Positions 13,846 through 25,830 of a stretch of 64,000 bases of DNA are shown piece after piece (position 1 is the first letter of the stretch; every line of letters begins with the position of its first letter). Made by a program: the position numbers and the translations under genes. The DNA comes from Rhina ancylostomus (lineage: Eukaryota), in NCBI GenBank assembly GCA_030265395.1, contig JARFYF010000056.1, positions 20,292,119 through 20,356,118 of the forward strand, in the 5' to 3' direction. Below the pieces are notes generated by a model. That model searched no databases, was not told where the DNA came from, and saw only the letters and a list, made by a program, of their open reading frames with translations.

Positions 13846-15049
13846 GACGCATGAAAATACAATGACCAAACTGAACACCCAATATATTCTCTAAATAATA
13901 AGCTAGCACATTTAATGATGTACTGCGAAAGAAAGAAATTAGGTCCTGAAATATATTTACTATCCACCAATCTCACCCAACCTCCACACACTTTGAAGCA
14001 GGAATTTTTACTTGAGTAGTTTTAGGAAAGGGGAATTCTGGAAATGGTGATGTCATCTGTTAGTTTAAATGGCCAATCGCATCAAAGAGCTTTCATTGAC
14101 AAGATCTAAAGTTTATATCATTCTTTAAGTATTTTAGAGGAAGTAGAACATAGCTTGTGATGCATTCAGGATTAGAATTGAAGTTAAAATATAAATCAAC
14201 TTTTAAAATCATACTATTTTATAAACTATGAAATTTTGAAAGAATCATCTGACCAAATTAGACTCTGGACATATGAAATGTATTTAAAACCAGAGAGATT
14301 GTGAATCAGTAATTGCAACTTTGTCCCCTTTTAAAATGTTAGTTACACCTCCTTCAACAAAATGTAGCAGTTGCATGGATTTTTTTTACACCAAGAGCAG
14401 TTGGTTTGGAATTAATGTTATTAGTCAATCACTAATTCCTGATTACATTGGAGAAGGTTACAAATGCACAACTGTGAAGGATCACATGGTTTCAGACAGC
14501 AACTGCTGGATTTTCACATTTAATTGGCCTGTGTGAACTTTGGTACACTGGAAGAAAATGATCACAATTTCTGCCATTCTCTGATAGCCCTGAACATTAC
14601 TAGCCTCACTATTAATCTTACTGCATATTCCATGCCAAAACTTCTTACTTATTGGTAGGGAACAGTAAGAAAACGTAAGTAAAAAAATTATCTCAGTACT
14701 CTTCTCTCTGGTAAAAGGATCTCAAATCCTTGTAAAGATACTAAATGTGAGCATCGAATGTTTGTTTTTTTAATAATTTTCTGCTTTTAACATAGTATCT
14801 TGTACGTCCACATCCACTGTCAACCAACACCTTACCAGTTAACATTCTGCACTTGTAATCCAAGGCAATGCATATTAATTGATTTTGCAAGCTATTATTG
14901 CCCAGTCCAAATCTCCCCTCGACTACCCTTACATTCTCTGCAGAAAGTGTCAAAGGAAAGTGATCCACAAATCTGACCTCTTATTTTCTGTTCTCTAACA
15001 GTGGCTTGCTGTCACAATGCTTCGAGTTCAATTTTCAGTTCTGTGTGAT

Positions 15050-15330
15050 TCAAATACCATTGGGGAAACTAAATCTTTCTTCAAATGTCATGTGTCCTTG
15101 TTATTCAAGCATGGCACAAAGTAAATACAAAGCTGGTCATTTGGTCAACATTTATTTCTGAATCAACAAGAGGAAAACTGGCCCTCTAGTTGATTGCTGA
15201 TTTTGGGAGCTTGCATTGGCTGTTTGCATTTTCTGGCCACAGTAACTATAGTTGTCACTAGCTGAGAAAAGCTCTAAGTCACTTTGAAGACATGAAAGCC
15301 AGAAAATAAATGCAAATTCTTCTTCTTTAA
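15050..15330 (+). mobile_element. Deu-domain SINE, decayed
   Basis: ggtcaacatttatttc...ttgctgattttgggagcttgc...aataaatgcaaattcttctt matches the SINE body and L2-like tail. Confidence 0.55.
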
Positions 15331-15944
15331 CTTCCCTAATTCTACCAATTTTAATTCATCAAATCACCAATATATTACAAAGGAAATAAGACTCCATCAA
15401 TCAGTCAAAAACAACCATGAGGCATCATTTTCTCCCTGTAACAGATGTTCACAGAGTACAAACAGTAATGTTGCCCCATAAAATAATACCCCATCATAAT
15501 ATCTAAATGTTGTAACAGCAAGCAGCTGTTTTAAGTAACTTTGATGCAGTTGCAATTTTGTCACAAACACATCATTAATTTTTTTGTACACAATATTAAA
15601 TTTTTTTACCAGAGGGCCAAAGGAGATGTTTACTCCACTAAGGCTGACATGAACAAAGAATTACAGCCATAATATTCAGGGAATTACCACAAGAATATCC
15701 AATTATATGGTTCTTTCATGGCAGGTTTAATGGAGAGATCAATTAAAGTTGCTCATATGGTCATATCTGAAGGGTGAAACTGACAGTAATCCTGCATTTT
15801 TAATTGTGTAACAATATCTGTTATTTCATTGTGATTCTTAGGCAAATCAGAAAATGTCTCAGAATTTGCTAAAGAAATTGTTAAAGAAGCTGGAAAGTGG
15901 AGGGGTTTTAATCTTAAAAGTATCCAGGCCTTGAGCATTCCTGA

Positions 15945-16500
15945 GAAGATTAGCATTTCTTGTCCATTTCTAGGCACCTTCGAGAAGCTGGTGGTGAACT
16001 GTTGTACCTCTTTGGTGAAGGTACTTTTAAGGTGCTGCTTGGCGGGAAGTTCCAGAATTTTGTCCCACTTGTGATAAAGGAACAGCAATATACGTATCTC
16101 TAACTTAGCTAAAGTTTAACTTGGGGGACTCTTGCAGATGGCGACACCTCCATTCCCCTGCACCTTCATCTCTCCCCTTCTCGTTAGGTTGTAGAGATCT
16201 CAGATTTCAAACATGCTATCAAAGCAGCCCCGAGCTATGGTGGTATAGAGAATGTTGTCACGTTGAGCTGCTGGTACAGATTCTGAATGTTTAACTTGGG
16301 AGATGGTGTGCCAGTTAAGTAAGATACTTCATCTAGATTGATTTTGAGCTATTTGAGGATTATTGGAGTGACATTGATCCAAGCAAGTGTTGAACATTCT
16401 GTCATATTCTGATTCATGCCTTGTAGATGTTGAAGTGCTAATGCTAGGATTGATCCCCTGGGAACCAANNNNNGATGAATTGGCTGGATGATCTCCCACT
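15945..16500 (-). mobile_element. CR1-group LINE 3' fragment (second family)
   Basis: gagaagctggtggtgaactg...ggaagttccagaattttg...; the minus strand gives a degenerate ORF2 C-terminal region (YKAxxRxxxEY-like). Confidence 0.6.
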
Positions 16501-16904
16501 GTGTCCTTATAAGTATAAGATGTTTTAGTGGCTTGCAAAACCCATACAGTGACAGCAAATTTTTCATCTCATGATTGGCATTAGAAACTTAAATCAGTAA
16601 GAAAGTTGCTACTCCGTGCATCATCTTATCTACCACACCGCTTGGAGAATGGGTAGGCCTCTCTATATGGAGACTGTTTTTTTTAAAAGTAAACCTTTGT
16701 TTCAAAATCAATTGATATTGCTGCTGTTTCCTGGCTGATTTCAACCTTTGTATTGAAAAATGACCTTTTCTTGCTGGCTGTTTTCGTATTATTTCATACA
16801 GCCTTCTTGCCTCTTGAGGCTTAGTGGCTTGTCTAAGGGTACACCCTTTTACACCAAAAAACACACTTTCATTTACATTGGAGAGTCACTCTTGATTCCA
16901 TCTT

Positions 16905-17055
16905 TGTAGAATCTGGGGAGAGTTGATGAAAATGTGGGAAGAATAAAAAATAACAGGATTAATGTAGGATTAGCATACTGTATATGGGTCATAGATGGTC
17001 AACACTGATTTGGGGGGCCAAAGGGTCTGTTTCAGTGCTGTCTGTTTCCATGACC
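16905..17055 (+). mobile_element. HE1-type V-SINE, 3' half
   Basis: gtagaatctggggagagttgatg...ggccaaagggtctgtttcagtgctg; homologous to copies at 21688, 22296 and 24860. Confidence 0.75.
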
Positions 17056-17879
17056 CAGTAAGTGAGCCAGAAAACAGAAAAATCGTGAGGACCTGATCTA
17101 AATCCCATAATTTTGTAAAAGGTAGCATTTGACATAGTGGATATTCTGATTATAATGTCATAATCATCAGCAACACAAAAGCAGGCTTGAAGTAAAGGCA
17201 AGACAAAAGGCATTTGTAAATATTTGTGTAAATCCAAATAAGCAGAAGATGGCAATGGGTATGGGAAATGTTTACCCAGTATTCTGTTGGAGATGAAATA
17301 ATGTGGAATGGAGAAGTTAAATTCTTATGAGCTCCCTTTGTCTGTTTCCTTCAGTAACTTCCAACTAATATGACACCAATCATTTTTTTTAATGTTACTC
17401 TGTGCAGCAGGTGAAAGAGAAATTAAAAATACATTGTGTCTTTCATTAAGTTCTCATAGTCATCAACATACTTTTGAAAGATCATCACTCTGTAATAGAG
17501 AGAAAGCATCATTCAATAAATACACACTAAAAAAGATAAATGCCTCTGTTTCTGTGCCAGTTAAGTATACAGTATTTGTCTGCTCACCTCTTCTACTCTC
17601 CCTCAAATGTTGTGGAAACATTTAAATCAAGTGGAAAGAACAGAGTCCTGGTTTGACAATCCCTCCAGAAATTCAGATTACACAGGATGGTTGGCCTGGA
17701 TTATTTGTTCAAAATCTGGGAGTGGAGTTGAACCCATAACTTGCTGGCTTTTTCAGCAATAATCCTACAAACTGCACCATGGCAGACACCTCACTGAATC
17801 CAGAGCTGTTGCTGATTTGGGATACTTTCTACCAAGTTATGTCATTTTGAAAAAGGCTGATGAGGCCAGAACGGCCACA

Positions 17880-18400
17880 GAGTGAAGCTCCAAGTAAAAC
17901 AACTTTTCCTCTCCATAAGGACTGCAGCTGTGAGTGAATGGAAGAATATCAACCCAATTTCATGGTCGTTTGAAGTGGTGACAAGAAACCATTCACCAAA
18001 CACACCAATACAGAAACATTCCTCAGATTCCAACCAAAGACAATGGAGCACTAATTATTATTCAACAATTTAAGAAGTTGATCAACTGGATTCTTCTCCT
18101 TCCCTTACAATTCTCAATACATGAGCAACCACTCTGAACCCAATGCTTGCCCTTGCAAAGGCAGCAAATTTAGATGAAATAAATTCTTACCCTGGCTCAA
18201 TGCATTGGAATATATGGGTGGACTTCATTCACATACTCTCATTTATATTTTAACAAGATCACTACTAGAGACACCCATACAGCCATCTGAAAAAAGTGTT
18301 CAGACAAATGTGGGCAACAAAATACAAATCACCCCTAAATTACCCAGGAAGGATACCATTGAATAAAACATGGCCAGTAAGTCATCTTGACAAGACTAAC
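17880..18400 (+). mobile_element. L1 ORF2 fossil (post-RT region)
   Basis: QLFLSI...SWSF, GDKKP, KDNGAL, FLPWL resemble the vertebrate L1 YLFQxIP...FIWxxKKP...KxxGGL...FxxW series across frameshifts. Confidence 0.35.
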
Positions 18401-18759
18401 AACACCATCCTCGTGATTGAACTTATCTGCAAGTATTCTTAAAAGAAACAGAACAACTATGAAACTGCACGGGCAGTGAAGCTGAGCTGCTGGAAGCCAG
18501 GCAAGAGGTACCAGTGAGGATGGCCATGGCACCACAGTCAAAGAGGCAGTAGGGTAACAGAGCGACTTTCAGTGGCTGGGAAACCCAGAAACATGTGAAA
18601 CACTGTGACATTGTGAGTTCAAAGTTAGGATCCCATTTGGATGATTTTTTTTGTTCTTCTCCACTTCCCTCCTGACAGTTGCAATGCTGCGAAGCTGATC
18701 AGTTGTCAGTCAGTTTATGTAAGGATCCCACAAGAGCAGTCCAGAAAAGTGGATGGCTT

Positions 18760-19250
18760 GGGGTGGGTGAGGAACGACAAGGAAGATGGAGGTCACGGGA
18801 GTGATGAGAATGCACTTTGGCATTGATCACAAGGAGTGAACATCGAATTATTGGGGTTGAAGGTCAGAGGAGAGAAATATGACAATCAGATCATGTCTTT
18901 GAAGATCAGATTGTAAGGTTACTGATCAGGGAAAATGAAGATCTGGTGTGAGGTTGAAGGTCAGCTCATTGGAATTGAATATTGGGATGAAAGATTGAAG
19001 GTACAGTCATGAAGTGAAAACTAGGGTTGTAAAGGTTCTGCGGGGTGAAGATAGGATCACAGGGAGTGAAGAGTGGGTTGTGGATGAAGATTAGCTCATG
19101 GGACTGTGAAGACTGGGTGTGGGGGTGAATAGCACATCATGAGAGGTGAAGATTAGATTCTGAAGTAAACATCTGATAGGGTGAAGTTGATGGCTGGGAA
19201 AGGAGGGACCAGGCATGGGGTGAAGATTGTGGGAGAAATGGACTGAAGTG
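18760..19250. repeat. Degenerate G-rich minisatellite (~20-bp unit, GGGGTGAAGATCAGATCAT-like)
   Basis: Many recurrences of (g/t)tgaag followed by atc/gtc at roughly 20-bp spacing, with strong purine skew. Confidence 0.55.
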
Positions 19251-19289
19251 AGGGCAGATTCCAGGACTTGAAGGCTACAGTACCATCCT

Positions 19290-19371
19290 GAACATTCCAT
19301 GGAGAGATACAGCAAGGAAACGGGCCCTTCACCCCAACATGTCTGAGCTGAGCATCAACTACCCTTCACAC
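19290..19371 (-). mobile_element. HE1-type SINE 3' end running into an N gap
   Basis: gagagatacagcaaggaaacgggcccttc...catcaactaccc is the reverse complement of the SINE tail. Confidence 0.65.
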
Positions 19372-19484
19372 NNNNNNNNNNNNNNNNNNNNNNNNNNNNN
19401 NNNNNNNNNNNNNNNNNNNNNNNNNNNNNNNNNNNNNNNNNNNNNNNNNNNNNNNNNNNNNNNNNNNNNNNACAAATTTTTTGC

Positions 19485-20010
19485 TAGTTTTGAGCTCTTG
19501 CTCTTCAACCATCCTTTCCCTCAATTGACCGTTGGTTGTGCTAGTCCTTGAAGTTGGTGGTAAAGTTCATCATCCACGTATGTCTACCTTCAAGAGGGGG
19601 TTCTGAGATGTGGGAAGTGATCCACGTTTTCCAAGTTCTTGTCATGAACCTTTCATGTCAGAGGGCAGTGAGGTGCAGTCGGGGTAGGTTGCTGGAGGAC
19701 TTGACCAAGCAACGTTGATTGTAAGGCCCATCCTCTCTATTGCTTCAGTGAATGTGTCAACAATAGCTTGGAGCTCAGGCTCTGGGTGTGCACAAGTACA
19801 AACATCTTCTGCATACTGCAGGTTTGGATGACCAGAGACCATGAGAGTAGATGCCATAAATTGAACAGATTCTGTTTTGGAAGTCTGGGTGTTGGCTGCC
19901 CGTAAGAGGACATTGAGTGCAACTTGAATTCTTAGTTCTGAAGATGAGCTCCACTCTCATAAAAGCTTGTTGGAGGAGAGGTGCAAGAGCATTTTAAATT
20001 GCCTTCATGT
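19485..20010 (-). mobile_element. RTE-clade LINE RT fragment
   Basis: LQYAEDVCTCAHPEPELQAIVDTFTEAIERMGLTINV is the RT YADD region; upstream VELIFRT also fits RTE. Confidence 0.85.
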
Positions 20011-20094
20011 CTTTCTGTTCATTGAAGTTGCTAATATGTTATTATTGTGGAAATGCAACACAAAATACGGCAAATTTCCTTAATATAATGATAA

Positions 20095-20535
20095 CATCAT
20101 ATGACCTTATCAAGCAATGAAAATTTGAAAACCACTTTAAAATGCTCCAAAATGATTCACAAACAAGTCCATTACTTTCTGAGAAGTGGATTTCGAAGAG
20201 TTATAATATAGTCTAACAAAACAGGCAATTTGTGAGGTGCAAAGTTCCATAAGCAAAAATAAGGGAACATAAAAGGGAATCTGATTTATCATTATTTGTT
20301 GAGGGCTGTTGGCATATTTCTCCAGTTCTCTGAATAGAACCTTAGGAATTTTTAACATTCAAATGAACAGACAGGTGTCCCCTCAGATTAAAACATTATC
20401 AAAAAGACGGCAACTGCAACAGTGCTACATTTCATCAGTTTTACATTCCATTGCTAGCCTCGATGATGTGTTGAAACTCTGCAATAGAGCTTAAACCCTT
20501 GACTTGGTGACTCAGAGGTGAGACTGCTACCACCT
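20095..20535 (-). mobile_element. Deu-domain SINE, near full length
   Basis: Reverse complement of a tRNA-like head (actcagaggtgagactgctacc), Deu core (aaagacggcaactgcaacagtgc) and body. Confidence 0.7.
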
Positions 20536-20789
20536 TGGAGACATTATTTAGATGATCGAAAACACCTGTTGAGTTCATTATCTGAGATGAAATAAAGTCC
20601 TTTGACAAAATTACCAGAAGAATTTTTTTAGTTCAAAGAATGAATCTTAATTGTTATGAACGGCCAATGAGAAAAGGTAATCACGTCTGCAAACTATTTT
20701 ACAAGACACTTATTAAATTCTCATAATGAACAATCATTTTAACCTCATGGTAATTGTCACTTTTATTGTTTTTTGACTTGGGTCCCCAG

Positions 20790-20950
20790 CATTAGGAAAC
20801 AGGGTGACAACATTTAAGAAGCATCTGGTGGAGCAATTGAATTGCCAAGGCACAGAAGGTTGGTAAATGGGGTTAGCTTAGATAGGCCCTTGATAGCACG
20901 GATGAGGTGGGCTGAAGGATCTATTTCTGTGCTGAATGACTCTCTGACTC
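20790..20950 (+). mobile_element. CR1 3' tail
   Basis: acatttaagaagcatctgg...gggctgaaggatctatttctgtgctg...gactctctgactc. Confidence 0.7.
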
Positions 20951-21458
20951 GAGGTTTCCCAAACAGAAAGGGTCACTCAGGCCTATGGATAAAATTGCAG
21001 CCACATCTTGATCATTAGAGAAGGACCCCAGTGGCAATGATCACCATTCTCAGCTGCTCAGCTAAAAATCAACAACCTGCTTCAAGAGGTCGGGATGTTG
21101 CAGAGCCAATTCCATGGATGATTTTAATGTCTGGTTTCCAAGCATCAAACAACCTTATAAATTCACTTATTTACATATCAGAAAGCGAAATGAATAAAAT
21201 CAGTGAAGTATTTGGCAGTGAGAGAGTCCTAATTATTCACTGAAACTCTCAAGTCTGTTTTGGCAAAATAGTCAAGGCTTTACCTCCTCCTCAAAGAAGT
21301 CATTGCGACATGAAGTGCACGTGCAGGCAAATATAATCAAGCAGAAAGAAGGGTTTCCATAAAATGTAATCCCTGCCTTCCACAGCAAACCATATGTCAT
21401 GTTTGTAAAAGGTAGCAGCTGGTCTGAAAGAAGAAACACTCGCTCAGTTTCTGTTCTG

Positions 21459-21530
21459 TTGCATAACACGTCATTACATTTCTTGCACGTCATTAAATTT
21501 CTTTCGCGATGAGCCAAAGGAACTGTTTAC
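21459..21530. repeat. 72-bp dispersed non-coding element, copy A
   Basis: About 80% identical by hand alignment (59/74 columns) to 33762-33833; contains a 19-bp tandem duplication. Confidence 0.75.
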
Positions 21531-21687
21531 CAAGGCTAACCACAGCATGAGGCTTTTCCCTGGCTCATGAGAGGTGAGGTGGGCTGTAATGGAATTGTAC
21601 CTTCAAAGCTACTTCGTATAACAAAGTGCTGATTCCACATTGTTGTCAATGGGAAGGACAAGAGACAGGGTGTTGCAATCACACCTG

Positions 21688-22010
21688 TCACAGAGTCATG
21701 GAGAACAGCAAGGCATCCTTTGGCCCACTGAGTCCACGCCAACAACCAGGCACCCATTTTTCACTACTCCTATACTAATCCCACTGTATTCTCACCACAA
21801 TCTCAGGGAAATTGAGAGTCACATCAACCCTCCCCAGACACTACCAATTAACCGAGCAATCCCCATGTCTTTGGGATGTACGAGGAACCCAGAGCACTTG
21901 GGGAGAACAGGGAGAATGTGCAAAATCCACACGGACAGTGCCAGAGACTGGGATTGAAATCATGTCACGGTCTGGAGATGTGAAGCTGCAACTTTACCAG
22001 CTGTGTTGCA
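21688..22010 (-). mobile_element. HE1-type V-SINE
   Basis: Reverse complement of tRNA head, V-domain (gggagaatgtgcaaaatccacacggacag) and CR1-like tail. Confidence 0.85.
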
Positions 22011-22295
22011 GCATTATCATTAACCAAAACTAACATCTATTAATGTACAAAGAGTGTGCAATGACCAGCAACACATCATGCAGGCTAATCTGATCTTTGA
22101 CCCAGATGTCACATGAGAAACTGGCCGTAGTATCACAAGGGCTGCCCCCTATACCTCAGTGTCAGTGGATTCACTGAGTTAGTAAGGCTCACTGACAAAA
22201 TAACAGTACAGGCAGGTCCATGCCACCACGAGGCCTCTCATTATTGAATGTGAGGATGGGTTCAGACCTGGGTAAATAATGAGGATTTTGAGAAA

Positions 22296-22640
22296 GAGTC
22301 AGAGAGTCATGGAGAGATTCATCATTAGAAATCGGTGCTTTGGCCCATTGAGTCTGCACTAACCATCAACCACCCACTTACACTAATTCCACTTTATCCT
22401 CCCCATGTTCTCGCCAACTCCCTCACAAATCCTACCATTCACCAACACACTAGGGGCAATGTACAGTGGTCAATTAACCTACCAACTTGCGTGTCTTTGG
22501 AATGTGGGAGGAAACTGGAGCAGCCAGATGAAACCCACGCAGTCACAGGGAGAACCTTCAAAGTCCACACAGTCAGAAGCCAAGGTCAGGAATGAACCTG
22601 CATCTCTGACACTGTGAGACATTGGCTCTACTAGCTGTTG
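22296..22640 (-). mobile_element. HE1-type V-SINE, full length
   Basis: gtgggaggaaactggag...gaaacccacgcagtcacagggagaac...ccacacag V-domain plus head and tail. Confidence 0.88.
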
Positions 22641-23099
22641 ATCAGGATGGATCATTGGTGTAACTGCATGAATTAGGAATAACATAAAGGTCCGAATTTT
22701 GTGGGAGTTTTGCAAGGATATGTTGGCATTCACTCCTGTAACTGTCCACACTTCCTTATGCAAAAGAATGCAACTTCCAAATTTATATGTAAACCTGGAA
22801 TTCACAGATTTGTAGTCAGTTGTTCACGTAATTTTGTCCACTACACTCTATTGCCAGACTCCTCATGGTTTACTTTGTAATTCCCATTAGATTTTTAATA
22901 AGTTTTAAATATTTTTGGATAGGTAATTGACTTTTTATAGTNNNNNNNNNNGTTCTTAAGTATCTTTGAATATTTAAAAAAAACATTCACAATATATTAA
23001 CAGCTTTGACAGGCAGAATTTTTTTTCAGCTGTTTTATGGGTGGGGCTTGTTCTGGACACCTCTATGAAATGGCTTTTTGGTGCAGAAGGCCCTGTTAC

Positions 23100-24100
23100 T
23101 GAGGATTGTCATTGAGATCCAGCAGACTAGGTGTCATTTGATGCCAATCAAGTAAGTGTGCACCTCTTTTTGGGCAATGAATTACTGACTGAAAATTCAA
23201 CAGAAATGGTTAATATGAAAGACGTCATTAGAATTGAAACCATGAATGGGAAGCAGTATTTTCCACAGACAACCTAATAATGGAAATTCAGGAAAAATTG
23301 TGTGAGCAAATTTATACATTTAGTAAATGACAAAAAATAATGGTCATCGGGGTGATAACATTTCTAAATGGGTACAATAGAAAATAAAAGGACTGAACTT
23401 TCATAATGTATAGAATTTACTTTGTAGCCAATATATAAAAAGAGAAGAATTGCTACTGGTTCTGATAAAAGGGAATGAAGCAGAGCAGATGAGATTGAAG
23501 TATTGGAGAGAACATCTGGCCAGTAGTGATCAGAACAGTGTGTAAGATAATGATTGAAAGAGGAGATGCTAAAAATCTGAAATAAAACTAGTTAAAAGTT
23601 GGGACAACTTGGCAAAACTGACGAATGGTATTCAATCCCTTATACTAATTTCTGACACCCTCTGATACCAATGTCATCAACACCTCCCCATTGCTTTGTT
23701 GATGTACGACAGTCAGCTGACGGAATGATAATTGGCTGGATTTGTGCACAGGATATATCTGGGCAATATGTTGTGGTTGTCGGTGCTACAGCAGGAATGG
23801 AACAGATTGGCTACAGATCCTACTTCCCTGCATGGTGGACAACATACTTCTCAATTCAAACAATATATCTTTGGGGTACCACGAGAAGAACACTTGGCTT
23901 GCCTACTGACTTGAGTACGCTAGTGACAGGAAATTGGAAACAGCAATGATATCTGCCACAAGTGATGAAGGTGTGACTTTGGTTGAATAAACTTTGGTTG
24001 AGGGATCCATTAGCTGCAACACAGGAAGGTAACTGTTCATAAAGCTTTACTTTTTAAAAAAATTCATGAACTTGGGAATACCTATTTACGCAAAATATCT
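23100..24100 (+). mobile_element. piggyBac transposase fossil
   Basis: Ordered degenerate motifs: HLFLGNELLTENSTE, KFIHLVND, EELLLVLIKG, TDEWYSIP, GVTLVE*TLVEGSISCNTGR*. Confidence 0.5.
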
Positions 24101-24139
24101 TTAAAGCAAATAACTGCTGCTGTTTATATGGATAAAATG

Positions 24140-25830
24140 CCTACAAAGGATTCGGGAAAGGATACATTGTCAAATGTTGTCAAATGTGCTGTGTAAAGGA
24201 ACAAAGTTGACAACACTTCTGTCCAGGATGCAGAACCATGAACTGAAAATTCTCTCTGTACAATGGACAATGGAGGTTGATTGGCCGTGCCGCATGCTAT
24301 TAAAATCTGCTCCCCAAATTCAAAATATATTATTGTGAACCACTGAAGTTTCTGTATGATACGTAATGGAGATAATGTGTGACACCAACAGGGCAATGAA
24401 GTTTCAACATATCAAGGAAGGAGAGGTTGGTGACGCTGAGGATCACAAGGAAACAGCATGGTTCTCAGACATCCTTGCGGCAACATCACTTAATAGATCT
24501 CTGCTCCCCTGCAATAAAAAGTCCTCTCTCCCAGTCCTATCACCACCTTAAGGCCAACATTGGTGCTGGTTTAAAGAGAGGAATCTCTGCCACTTTCACT
24601 CTGCCTCTGCCTTGGGGCTGTAGCACTGATCTACAGATGAGACAACAGGGTGTCCTGGTATGATTGAAGTTGCTATTCATTTAACTGCTAGGCCTATTCA
24701 AGAGAAATGATGGTGAGCCACAGGGCTGGCATACCCCTGCACCCCTGAGACAATATACGTCCTTGTGACAGAGTGCGAATGCAACATTGAGCTGTAGCAG
24801 TCCTTAAGGACCTCACATTGTCACTGGATAACTTGAATGTGTCAGACCTTCCATACAGTGTGGAGACCTGCTTGCTCAGAGCTCCAGTGACCCCAGGTTC
24901 CATCCTGATCTCCGATGCTGCCTGTATGGAGTCTGGGTGTTCTTTCTCTGACTGCGGGGGTTTTCTCCAAGTGCTTTGGTTTCCCCCAACCCCCCCCCCC
25001 ACACCACAAAGACCTGTGGTAGATTAATTGGCTGCAGTAAATTGCTCCTGGTGTTTATAACTTGCGAGCAGTTGATGTGAATGTGGGGAGAATGAAGTGG
25101 GGTGAGAATAGGGTTCGTGTAAATGGGTGCTTGATGGTTGGTGCAGATTCATTGGGCTGAAGAGCCTGTATCCATGCTGCTTGTCTCTCTTATTCTAAGT
25201 TTCTTCTGAATGGACAAACAATAATGACTCATCCTTCTCAGTGCAGGATGCCAATACAGCCCAGCAGTTCTCCTGAAGTCAAGCAGAAGGACATAGTAGC
25301 AGGAGGTGGCAGCCACCATTATAAACATCCAGTTCACACTTTGAACTTGGCTTGCTGATCTTAGCACCTCCATGTGCAAGAGAACCGGAATGACTCAGTT
25401 TGTGCCTGTTGAAGGTTAAGGAATGTGCATGAAACAGCAAGTACAGGAAAGGAAGATATTTATCTTTCAGAATAATAGCAGGGGCTGACTATGTGTGGAG
25501 AAGGAGAAGGGATTCAACAAAGCAGCAGAGATAGCACTGGAGAGAGAGGGAGATATATTACTGCCGGAGCTAAAGTAGTATGGTACCAGTACCAATGTTG
25601 ATGGGATCATAACTTTTTTACCTCTGGCTTGCTGCTGGGACCATGTGACCACACTTGCTACATTTATACATTCTATCAACTCCCTTCCATTGTTGCTGTT
25701 TAATTTTCCCAGATGGCTGGTACACTTCACTTGGGAAAATCCCTTCCTTCCTGCAGTCGGTCTATTCCATAAGCATCTCCACAGCACTAAAGGTTGCAGT
25801 CACTTTCTCCACCAACCTAAAAGATCATTA
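24140..25830. mobile_element. Harbinger fossil: transposase C-terminus (+, ~24140-24490) converging on Myb/SANT ORF (-, ~25610-25830)
   Basis: Plus strand: GKGY, LTTLL, YCEPLK, HN-A-like, acidic stretch, LRQHHLI. Minus strand: ATFSAVEMLME*TDCRKEGIFP...KQQQWKGV / INVASVVTWSQQQARGKK. Confidence 0.45.
24860..25195 (+). mobile_element. HE1-type V-SINE, full length
   Basis: cagagctccagtgaccccaggttccatcctgatc (box B), V-domain, tail gggctgaagagcctgtatccatgctg. Confidence 0.88.

Noticed and set aside
18760-19250. CRISPR-like repeat-spacer array
   Set aside because: Units are short and degenerate with no constant repeat, there are no cas genes, and the context is vertebrate.
24150-24310. KCCQMCC...FCPGC as a piggyBac C-terminal cysteine-rich domain
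   Set aside because: Partly produced by a ttgtcaaatg tandem duplication, and neighbouring motifs fit a Harbinger transposase C-terminus better; remains ambiguous.
24860-24920. tRNA genes suggested by box A/B motifs
   Set aside because: They are heads of tRNA-derived SINEs, with no complete cloverleaf.
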